Assembly: GCA_965644495.1 (NCBI GenBank)
Contig: CBFFSA010000001.1
Coordinates: forward strand, 4,071,368 to 4,135,367
Reading direction: 5' to 3'
Length of the DNA: 64,000 nt
Source of the DNA: Perkinsela sp. CCAP 1560/9
Taxonomy: Eukaryota; Protista; Euglenozoa: Kinetoplastea
Below the pieces are notes generated by a model. It was given only the letters and a program-made list of their open reading frames with translations. It searched no databases and was not told the origin of the DNA. Below, piece by piece: positions 30,001 to 38,596 of this stretch. A program made the position numbers and the translations under genes. Every line of letters starts with the position of its first letter. The stretch's first letter is position 1.

Positions 30001-32104
30001 GAGTTTTTTGTAAAGATCGAGGTTTTTGTAAAGATCCAGTTTTTTGTAAAGATCGAGTTTTTTGTAAAGATCGAGTGTTTCGTAAATATCGAGTTTTTAG
30101 TAAAGATCGACCTTTTTGTAGAGATCGAGTTTTTTGTAAAGATCGAGTTTTTTGTAGAGATCGAGTTTTTTGTAAAGATCGAGTGTTTTGTAAAGATCGG
30201 GTTTTTTGTAAAGATCGAGTGTTTTGTAAATATCGAGTTTTTTGTAGAGATCGATTTTTTTGTAAAGATCAAGTGTTTTGTAAAGATCGAGTTTTTTGTA
30301 AAGATCGAGTGTTTTGTAAAGATCGAATCTTTTGTAAATATCGAGTTTTTTGTAAAGATCGAGTTTTTTGTAAAGATCGAGTGTTTTGTAAAGATCGAGT
30401 TTTTAGTAAAGATCGAGTGTTTCGTAAATATCGAGTTTTTAGTAAAGATCGACCTTTTTGTAAAGATCGAGTTTTTTGTAAAGATCGAGTTTTTAGTAAA
30501 AATCGAGTGTTTTGTAAAGATCGAGTGTTTTGTAAAGATCGAGTTTTTAGCAAATATCGAGTTTTTTGTAAAGATCGAGTTTTTTGTAAAGATCGAGTTT
30601 TTAGTAAAAATCGAGTGTTTTGCAAAGATCGAGTGTTTTGTAAAGATCGAGTTTTTAGCAAAGATCGAGTGTTTTGTAAATATCGAGTTTTTTGTAAAGA
30701 TCGAGTTTTTTGTAAAGATCGAGTGTTTTGTAAAGATCGAGTTTTTTGTAAAGATCGAGTGTTTTGTAAAGATCGAATCTTTTGTAAATATCGAGTTTTT
30801 TGTAAAGATCGAGTGTTTTGTAAAGATCGAGTTTTTAGTAAAGATCGAGGTTTTTGTAAAGATCGAGTTTTTTGTAAAGATCGAGTTTTTTGTAAAGATC
30901 GAGTGTTTCGTAAATATCGAGTTTTTAGTAAAGATGGACCTTTTTGTAGAGATCGAGTTTTTTGTAAAGATCGAGTGTTTTGTAAAGATCGAGTTTTTAG
31001 TAAAGATTGAGTGTTTTGTAAAGATCGAGTTTTTTGTAAAGATCGAGTGTTTTGTAAAGATCGAGTTTTTAATAAAGATCGAGTGTTTTGTAAAGATCGA
31101 GTTTTTAGTAAAGATCGACCTTTTTGTAAAGATCGAGTTTTTTGTAGAGATCGAGTTTTTTGTAAAGGTCGAGTGTTTTGTAAAGATCGAGTGTTTTGTA
31201 AAGATCGAGTTTTTAGCAAAGATCGAGTGTTTTGTAAATATCGAGTTTTTTGTAAAGATCGAGTTTTTTGTAAAGATCGAGTTTTTTGTAAAGATCGACC
31301 TTTTTGTAAAGATCGAGTTTTTTGTAAAGATCGAGTTTTTTGTAAAGATCGAGTTTTTTGTAAAGATCGAGTGTTTTGTAAACATCGCGTTTTTAGTAAA
31401 GATCGAGTTTTTAGCAAAGATCGAGTGTTTTGTAAAGATCGAGTTTTTTGTAAAGATCGAGTTTTTTGTAAATATCGAGTTTTTTGTAAAGATCGAGTTT
31501 TATGTAAAGATCTAATTTTTAGTAAAGATCGAGTTTTTTAACAAAGATCGAGTTTTTTGTAGAGATCGAGTTTTTTGTAAAGATCGAGTGTTTTGTAAAG
31601 ATCGAGTTTTTAGTAAAGATCGAGTTTTTTGTAAAGATCGAGTTTTTAGCAAAGATCGAGTGTTTTGTAAAGATCCAGTTTTTTGTAAAGATCGAGTTTT
31701 TTGTAAAGATCGACCTTTTTGTAAAGATCGAGTTTTTTGTAAAGATCGAGTTTTTTGTAAAGATCGAGTTTTTTGTAAAGATCGAGTGTTTTGTAAACAT
31801 CGAGTTTTTAGTAAAGATCGAGTTTTTAGCAAAGATCGAGTGTTTTGTAAAGATCGAGTTTTTTGTAAAGATCGAGTTTTTTGTAAAGATCGAGTTTTTT
31901 GTAAATATCGAGTTTTTTGTAAAGATCGAGTGTTTTGTAAAGATCGAGTTTTTAGTAACGATCGAGTTTTTTGTAAATATCGAGTTTTTTGTAAAGATCG
32001 AGTTTTATGTAAAGATCTAATTTTTAGTAAAGATCGAGTTTTTTAACAAAGATCGAGTGTTTTGTAAAGATCGAGTTTTTAGCAAAGATGGAGTGTTTTG
32101 TAAA
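1..32104 (+). repeat. 18-bp tandem satellite array, consensus GATCGAGT(T/G)TTTTGTAAA, with higher-order variant structure; runs off the left window edge
   Basis: Continuous 18-nt period. Recurrent variants include TATCGAG, GTTTCGTAAA, TTTTAGCAAA, AGCAATGATC and GATCGACC, with occasional +1/+2 T-run slippage. Ends sharply at ...TTTTGTAAA|CGCGAAGCGCG. Confidence 0.99.
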
Positions 32105-32770
32105 CGCGAAGCGCGCAGCATGAGTGACTTCTAAGTTGAAAACAACCACCGCGTTTAACGAAGAGCCTAAAAAAGAAAATTTAGCCTGGAAAATGAAAAG
32201 ATTATAGCCAAAAATAGCCGAATTTCGGGTAAAAATGGAGTGATTTTCGCGTATTTTTGCTGTCAGAGCACTAAATCCGACATTTGTGCGTGGGAAATCA
32301 CTCGTAGGCATGAATGAAAGCCTGTCGAACGTATTGGGTAGAGAATGCGACTCCAACCATACCATTCTTTCGTCACAAAAATGCCCCTTCAGGTCCGAAA
32401 AATACTTTTTCACCTTTTTTAGTCAAAAATGGGTCATTTTGAGGGGCGCACCACGGCTCGAAGAAGTGATTATTGATACCTTGAGAAAACAACTGCAGAG
32501 AAAGCTAGTGTAGGTCCCAAACTATCCAAATACAATAGGGGAAACGATTTTGGAAAAATATTTCTTTTTTGTCATTTTTTTCGCCAAGTTGAATTTTTTT
32601 TCAAAATGTTTTTCCGAAAAAATCCGAACTTGGCGGACCCGTCCTGCGGATACGCGGGGGTGTCACCCCCGGGTAGGGGGGTGGAAAATGCGCGCCAAGA
32701 CCCCGGCTACCCTTTCTGCGGTTTTTTTTCGAAAACTAATTTTTTCGAAAAAATTTGCTCGACCATGACC
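32105..32770 (+). repeat. Non-coding 'linker' repeat, copy A (longest; abuts the satellite); mirror at 55902-56567
   Basis: Begins CGCGAAGCGCGCAGCATGAGTGAC and contains the core CACCCCCGGGTAGGGGGGTGGAAAATGCGCGCCAAGACCCCGGCTACC. Parts of it recur at 34650-35175, 36091-36329, 38426-38596 and 42655-42909. Confidence 0.9.
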
Positions 32771-33993
32771 ATGAATTGGAGACCAGCAAAATGTTGGCAG
32801 AAACACAAATGGGAGTAGGAACTAGAGATGGCGGCCCGAAAATCGTTTTATGAGCGCGTGACGCCTTTCGCGGTACAGATACAGCCGTTCTGCTGTCAAT
32901 AGATATGAGTAACGCTTTCAACTCATTAGAGAGACAGGCAATCTTTAATGCATTAAAGGAGAAGAGTGAACTCTGCGAGTTATGTGGCATAACCTCTTTT
33001 ATATATGGCACTCCGAACACGCTTATTCCGACATCTCCGACCCACCCACCGTTTAAAGCCGTTCGAGGTGTCAGACAAGGAGATCCCCTCGGCCCAATGC
33101 TGTTTTCTATAGCTATTCAGGGGATTCTTGATGGTGTGAAAGCAGATTACAGTGACCTTAAGATATGGGCCTATCTGGACGATGTTACAATCGTGGGTAA
33201 CCCGGAAAGAGTAATACAGGCGTACGAAAAACTTATGGCTGGGGCCTCGCAAGTAGGTCTGGAAATCAACGAATCGAAGTGCAAGCTCTCGACTCACTGC
33301 GCAGAGCAATACCTTCTATTCAAAGACAAGAAAATCCGGCAGGAAGACAAAGGTCAAAAGTTGCTTGGTGCATTTGTTTCAAATGAGAAAAAGGAAGAAT
33401 CGGGTTGGTTACTACAGCAGCTTCCGAAGCTACGCTCGTTCTTGGAACGCCTACAGCAACTTTCACTACAAAGCGCTTATACGCTGTTGAAGCGATGTGG
33501 AATTCCAAAGTGGATCTATCTCCTGCGATGTCATGAGCCGGGTGTTACGGCGGCTGCAAATAAGCTTGCCGATGAGGCTGTCGAGAGATGTGTTACTGAA
33601 CTGTTGGGAGGCTTTGGGAACCTAGAGGGGAACCCGTTTCACAATCGCCATATGACGGCGAACCCCCTGGGAGCACAGCCTTATTCCACGCAGGCTGAAA
33701 CTCTCTACTCGAGGGCTAATACCTTTTCGTATGGAAGATCCTATTTGGAGAAGCACCTCAGCAGGGGTCCGGAAGTAGAAAAAGAGAGCACTCCTACTAA
33801 CCAAGTACATGCACTACAACTCATGGATAAGAGGACTGGCTACTGGATGGAAGCATGGATAAATCGAGGCGAGTACTACCTACGAAACTCGGAATGACAA
33901 ACAGCGGCGCGGATGCGCTATATGATTGCCCCCGTTTCGAGCCCTATAGTGCAATGCGTATGCGGGGAAACGTTAGCAAATGCACAGTTCGTT
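32771..33993 (+). pseudogene. CRE/SLACS-clade non-LTR retrotransposon reverse transcriptase fragment (RT core to start of the C-terminal Zn motif), with two in-frame TGA
   Basis: One frame reads QMGVGTRDGGPKIVL*AR...LLSIDMSNAFNSLER...GVRQGDPLGPMLF...WAYLDDVTIVG...GLEINESK...KLLGAFV...RNSE*QTAARMR...QCVCG. YLDD and these flanking motifs are typical of CRE-clade RTs. Truncated at both ends. Confidence 0.88.
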
Positions 33994-34649
33994 GTGGCGC
34001 ATATGCCGCATCCTTAAGGCCAGACACGAAGTTCACTGGACATGCGACGGCTACAGAACGCGAAACCCTTGAGCTCTTGCAACTCGAAAGAGTTCCTGAT
34101 CTCGAGGTCGCGATTAAGAGCATCCAAATTGTTTGGATAGCCAACGAACGGCGAATAAAGCGTAGTCAAAGACTATGTTCTGCACAGCTGAGTGGCATAT
34201 TCGGGGTGAAATCAGAGACTCCGAACACCTGGGTAAACTTCCTCTGTGAGCATAACCACGTGTATGCTCAACTGAAAGAGGAAGGAAAGATCAACGTTGT
34301 TACCGAAAAACATTGTAGAGACGTTGTCTCACATCTTTGGGATAGATCTGTTTCCCAGGAAGGTGAAAACGCCATCAACAGCATGGCCACCCAGGCAGTG
34401 GCTTCCTATACGCTACATAGCGATCTTCGCGGTGAGATCACACGATCATTTGTAACTGACCACAGCCCTGTAAGCAATGCGCCGGCGGGTGCGCAAATTA
34501 CGCATGCCGTGGCGATGCAACTGAAACAAAAAGAAGGTTTACTCAAGGAGTAAATACCGACATGGAAAAAATCTTGCTCGGAGCATTTCCGACGCTGATG
34601 AGTTGAGTACCCTTTCAAGGGTTCAACGTTTGAACTATAGGAAATCAAG
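33994..34649 (+). pseudogene. Helitron N-terminal (pre-Rep) fragment fused to the RT fragment; inverted copies at 43742-44397, 48884-49539 and 54023-54678
   Basis: Near-identical to the reverse complement of 43742-44397, where it runs on into the Rep domain. A frameshift leads to LLGAFPTL. Confidence 0.8.
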
Positions 34650-35175
34650 ATATGAATTCAAGCCTACCAAACGTATTGCGCCAGAGAATGCGACTGCAAC
34701 CACGCCATCGTTTAGACACAAAAAGTCCTCTTTGGGTCCGAAAATTACTTTTCACCTTTTTTCGTCAAAAATGGGTCATTTTCGCGGGCATACCACGGCT
34801 CGAAGATGGGATCTCTTGCGAAAACAACTGCGGTTAAAGCTAGTATATGTCCCAAACTATCAACATACAAAAGGCGAAAATATTTTGGAAAAATATTGTT
34901 TTTTTCATTTTTTTCGCCATGTTGAATTTTTTTTCAAAATTCTTTTTTTCCGAAAAAATCCAAATTTGTCGGACACGTCCTGCGGATACGCGGGGGGGTC
35001 ACCCCCAGGTAGGGGGGTGGAAAATGCGCGCCAAGACCCCGGCTACCGCTTCTGAGGATTTTTTTCGAAATCGGTATGCGCCCCCTGGGCCCCCTCTTAG
35101 ACCCCTCCATGGACCCCCCCTAGACCCTCCATTTTTTTGATTTTTTTTTTCAGTTTTGGACCACCGGAGCCCCCT
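34650..35175 (+). repeat. Linker repeat copy B (diverged subfamily); inverted copies at 48358-48883 and 53497-54022
   Basis: ATGAATTCAAGCCTACCAAACGTATTG aligns to copy A ATGAATGAAAGCCTGTCGAACGTATTG. Has the same CACCCCC core, a C-run tract and TTTTCAGTTTTGGACCACCGGAGCCCC. Confidence 0.88.
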
Positions 35176-35194
35176 TGCAGCTGGGGCTTAAAGG

Positions 35195-35612
35195 GTGGAG
35201 GTGGCGGAGTGGGTGGAGGTGGCGAAGTGGGTGGAGGTGGCGGAGTGGAAAGAACTCAAAGTTTCAAGCACATGGTGCTCAGACGGCGAGTTCAAACCCG
35301 CTCATCGCAATATTCCTGGCGGCCTCACTCTAAGAGGCTGGGCTGATAACCGACTAGGCCCAGTACTCGGAGGACCGTCCTGGACCCTCCCCTCAGGGAA
35401 CCATCTGCCTAACCCGGCTTACACCTCTTGGGTAATCCGTGTTGACGTACAGTTTGTCGACGCAGCGTGTTGGCAACAGCACGTTGTTGCCGCCTTGCAA
35501 AAGCGGAAACTGGTAGAGGACGTCGGCCTCGGAGCTTCCAAATCTGTATGTGAAGGGTTTGGCTTGCCAGTGAGCATCCGGAGCAATCCGGAATGATTTG
35601 GATTCTTGGATT
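35195..35612 (+). mobile_element. tRNA-headed SINE-like structured element; inverted copies at 47921-48338 and 53060-53477
   Basis: A-box-like TGGCGGAGTGG (triplicated as an 18-bp unit) and B-box-like GAGTTCAAACCC. Stem-loops with GCAA tetraloops (CGTGTTG-GCAA-CAGCACG; TCCGGA-GCAA-TCCGGA) and a 3' TTGGA-type repeat tail. Confidence 0.6.
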
Positions 35613-35779
35613 TTGCAGCATTCACTGTAGTGATACGCCTTGCCCAGAGCTGTATTAGAGCTCAATTGGCTTCCTCCACCCCCGGCCCCGGAAAGCGATA
35701 CAGCGGACGACCCCTGCGATGCGGACCACGATGACTCAGAAGACATAGAAGAAATTGTAGGAAAAGAGTTCTACAGTAA

Positions 35780-36090
35780 CAGGAAATTTCGAATTAATAT
35801 TTCGATGTCTCACACGCACAAAATCCTTAAACAATTTGAATCGAAATGGCAACTGCCTTTCGTCTCGGCCAACCCTCCGAGTACATGAGCCATAGCTTCA
35901 CATGGATCAATATGAACCGTGTAATGGAGTTCAAGGAAAACATCTCAAGTGAGTCAGATCACACAGAACTAGAAATCAGTGACGATGATTCGTCACAAGA
36001 CTCTGAGTTCGACAACGGTATCGTAGAGGCCCCTCTAATGATCACCGAACATGATTGTGCAGTTCTTCTCCTATGCAGGCATTGTCAGCG
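35780..36090 (+). pseudogene. Helitron post-Rep fragment, left half (continues at 38597); inverted copies at ~47442-47750 and ~52581-52890
   Basis: EIEMATAFRLGQPSEYMSHSFTWINM resembles the Helitron A..LLG....y.SH.F segment. Rejoins 38597 across the duplicated 15-mer as FFSYAGIVSVKK. Confidence 0.6.
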
Positions 36091-36402
36091 GAGGGGTCAC
36101 CCCCGGGTAGGGGGGTGGAAAATGCGCGCCAAGACCCCGGCTACCCTTTCTGCGGTTTTTTTTCGAAAACTAAATTTTTCGAAAAATTTTGCTCGACCAT
36201 GACCCCCCCCCTGGCCCCCCCCATGGAGCCCCCCCTGGACCCCCCCGGGACCCCCCCCCCTGGACCCCCCCCCATGGACCCCCCATTTTTTTCAATTTTT
36301 TTTTTCAGTTTTGGACCACCGGAGCCCCCTTTTATATTTTTTTCTTCTATTATATTACTGTGTTCCTCTTTATAGTTTCACTATTTTTGTTCACTTTTTT
36401 TT

Positions 36403-36521
36403 CAATAATCGAGGGTAGCGCGGTGGTTTTACAACCACCGCAATAATCGAGGGTAAAGCGGTAGTTTTACAACCACCGCAATAATCGAGGGTAGAGCGGT
36501 AGTTTTACAACCACCGCAATA
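36403..36521. repeat. Three tandem 38-bp units with an internal hairpin; inverted copies at 47011-47129 and 52150-52268
   Basis: CAATAATCGAGGGTAxxGCGGTRGTTTTACAACCACCG three times; stem GCGGTGGTT-TTAC-AACCACCGC. Confidence 0.92.
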
Positions 36522-37576
36522 CGGGTTTATCAAGCGGGATGATGGTCAACATGGGAACTTGGAGAGTTGTCTGCACCGTGGAGGAAGACGTGGTCAACGT
36601 CGCCGTCGGGGAACCAACCGTACCGGTATTCCGAACCACACCGACATTGAGGAGCGACCGAATATTGTTAACAATCGGGAGCGATACGGCGATTTGGAAT
36701 GTGACCTTATAGAAGGCACAAGACACAGCGGATTCTTCCTCACCTTGGTTGAGCGAAGAGGGATAATAAAGAAGCTTAAATGCAAGAAATCGGCACTGTT
36801 CGCTGAAAACATAACAAGTGCTCTTCAAGGTTTCTTGGTTCACTCCATCGCATATGATAGCGGAACCGAGTTTTCAAAACACGAGAAAGTAAATCAGTCG
36901 CTTAATTGCTCTTCGAATTTTTGTAAACCGTATGCAAGTTTGGAGAAGGGGGGTGTTGAAAGTTTCAACCGGCGTAGTACGAGGTTTCGGCGAAAGTGAA
37001 GCATTATTTTACTTAAAAAATATATTTTTTTTGTTAATTTTTTTATGTGTTCTAAATGTTGCCTTATCATATTTTACGTGCATTGAAAGTATTTTTCTGA
37101 CATTTGTTTACATACAGCTGTTCGTTTTTCGCGGCCACGGTACGCTTGGTAGTGGGGAAGAAGCGCGAGGTAATCGGCTGAAGTTCGGCGCAGAAATTGT
37201 GAAAAGTAAGCTAAAGAGAGGAAAACACGAAGATTATGCCCTTCGTCGCCTGTTTTAGCACCTCAAATGACATTGAGAGAACGTAGAAATCGTTCTAGAA
37301 CAAGGGCAAGAGAGTTAAGTTTTCTTTTTTGCCAAAATAGGGCGATAATAAATGTTTTAAAAAAAGTGTGAAATAATGCTTCACTTTGACCGAGATTTCT
37401 ACCCGAAACGACGTTTGTTTAGCGACATCTCGCAGAAGGATCTTGACTCCGTTTCTCGGGATATAAATGCTCGTCCAAAAGAAGTGCTCCAAGAACAATC
37501 GCCATGTGAGTTCGTAGAAATTCTTCGGAAAACTCGCCCACAATTTTTGGTCGACACTTCTCAGGAGTCCTCTTGA
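36520..37576 (+). pseudogene. IS30-family DDE transposase fragment (no N-terminal HTH), frameshifted and interrupted by a MITE
   Basis: IEERPNIVNNRERYGDLECDLIEG...LTLVER...YD(S/N)GTEF...FCKPYASLEKGGVESFN, then after the MITE RDFYPK...DLDSVSRDINARPKEVL...SP. These match the canonical IS30 signature motifs. Confidence 0.88.
36989..37391. mobile_element. ~400-bp MITE with GG-initiated terminal inverted repeats and an 8-9 bp TSD
   Basis: Left end GGCGAAAGTGAAGCATTATTT; right end AAATAATGCTTCACTTTGACC. Flanks are (C)GAGGTTTC and (C)GAGATTTC. Removing it restores GVVRDFYPK. Confidence 0.8.
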
Positions 37577-37909
37577 ATCTCCGAAGGACCCTTTCTCTAG
37601 CGCTTTTTCACTCTTTATGTGCGTAATTCACTCTTTCATACAATTTTTAAACATATTTGGACATTTACTCAACTCCAAGCTGGGCGGATTCCTCTCCTCT
37701 GCATAAGATGTGACTCTCTTGAAGGAGGCATGGGCTACATAATAGATTCTCACATACACTAGAGACATCACATATCACTAGAGGTATCGGGCAGAACATT
37801 TCCTTAAATTACTTTTACTGACGTTATGGCATGTTCGGCCCTCTTATTGGTTATGTTGATTGGGGTGTTCTTATTGGTTCTTATTGGTTGGGGTATTCTT
37901 ATCGGATGT

Positions 37910-38400
37910 TCCTTTCTAAGTGTCCTGATCTCTGAACTCCTGAGAAGGCCTTTGAAACCCAGTTTCACTGCTCCCGCGTAGAACGCATGTGAGAAGTAAC
38001 TCCCGCAATTTCTGACCAAAAATCGGGACTCGTGTTCCTGCTTCTTCTGAGTTGGTATTAAACTTGCTCTTTGTGGTGCATTTCACGCGTCGCTCGCATT
38101 CACTGATGAGCCCTCGGAACGCAATTCTGAATTTACTATACTGAGTCCACCTTTCCGACTCCGGCAAATCCAGAGTTTGTCGGTGAACAAGGGCCGATCT
38201 CATCTTTTCAAGTCTGTAGGGACTATAGTGCTCAGCAATAATTGCCAGTACATCAATAAACCTAGACATTGTGATTTCAGATACGAGTTCTATGCTAAGT
38301 CCCTAGTTCGTTCCCGAGCCGTGGAAGCTTTCACAGCCGGGTCTGTAAGTTGCTCTATTCTGTAAGAGTTTTTGTTTGCTTGTTGAAGCTCGTCCCGGAC
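37910..38400 (-). pseudogene. Tyrosine recombinase fragment (DIRS/VIPER/TATE/Crypton type), frameshifted
   Basis: RVPIFGQKLRELL, then after a frameshift AGAVKLGFKGLLRSSEIRTLRKEH, which resembles YR box I (F.glLRxsE..L). Box II is absent. Confidence 0.6.
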
Positions 38401-38596
38401 CCTTTTTAAGGAGACTTTTTTAAGCACTTGGCGGATCCGTCCTGCGGATACGCTGGGGGGTCACCCCCGGGTAGGGGGGTGGAAAATGCGCGCCAAGACC
38501 CCGGCTACCCCTTCTGCGGTTTTTTTTCGAAAAATAATTTTTTCGAAAAAATTTGCTCGACCATGACCCCCCCCCCTGGACCCCCCCCCTGGACCC

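Larger units (their letters stand above)
24672..37085 (+). repeat. Left arm of giant inverted repeat (at least 12.4 kb)
   Basis: ORF 32905..33897(+) equals 54775..55767(-), and 36559..36999(+) nearly equals 51672..52112(-). Homology ends at ...TACGTGCATTG (37085). Confidence 0.95.
36091..38596. mobile_element. 2.5-kb composite insertion bounded by direct linker copies (36091-36329 and 38426-38596) and flanked by a 15-bp direct repeat
   Basis: CAGGCATTGTCAGCG at 36076-36090 and 38597-38611. Cargo is the 38-bp repeats, the IS30 fragment with its MITE, and the tyrosine recombinase fragment. Confidence 0.75.

Noticed and set aside
23-32046. Very long ORFs of (CKDRVF)n, (VKIEFF)n, (LQKTRS)n and (TKNSIF)n, up to 1198 aa, also at 56626-63972
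   Set aside because: An 18-bp unit with no stop in four frames produces these automatically. T-run slippage switches frames freely, and there are no unique domains.
1-32104. Satellite as a CRISPR array or telomeric repeat
   Set aside because: No unique spacers or cas genes. The heterogeneous 18-mer has higher-order structure and is not a recognised telomere motif.
32286-32818. Small ORFs in linker copies (RGVENARQDPGY and similar)
   Set aside because: Low-complexity non-coding repeat; the frames are not conserved between copies.
32771-33993. Bacterial retron, group II intron or DGR reverse transcriptase system
   Set aside because: Motifs (QMGVG, YLDD, CxCG tail) and the neighbouring Helitron and satellite indicate a eukaryotic CRE-type non-LTR element. 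I saw no msr/msd, intron domain V or TR/VR pair.
33855-34553. 232-aa ORF (and mirror 54119..54817) as a real gene
   Set aside because: It is a chimera of an off-frame RT tail and a Helitron fragment joined at 33994.
35230-35310. Functional tRNA gene
   Set aside because: A/B boxes are present, but there is no proper acceptor or anticodon stem and the T-arm is imperfect.
36403-36521. 38-bp palindromic repeats as a mini-CRISPR
   Set aside because: Units are head-to-tail with no spacers.
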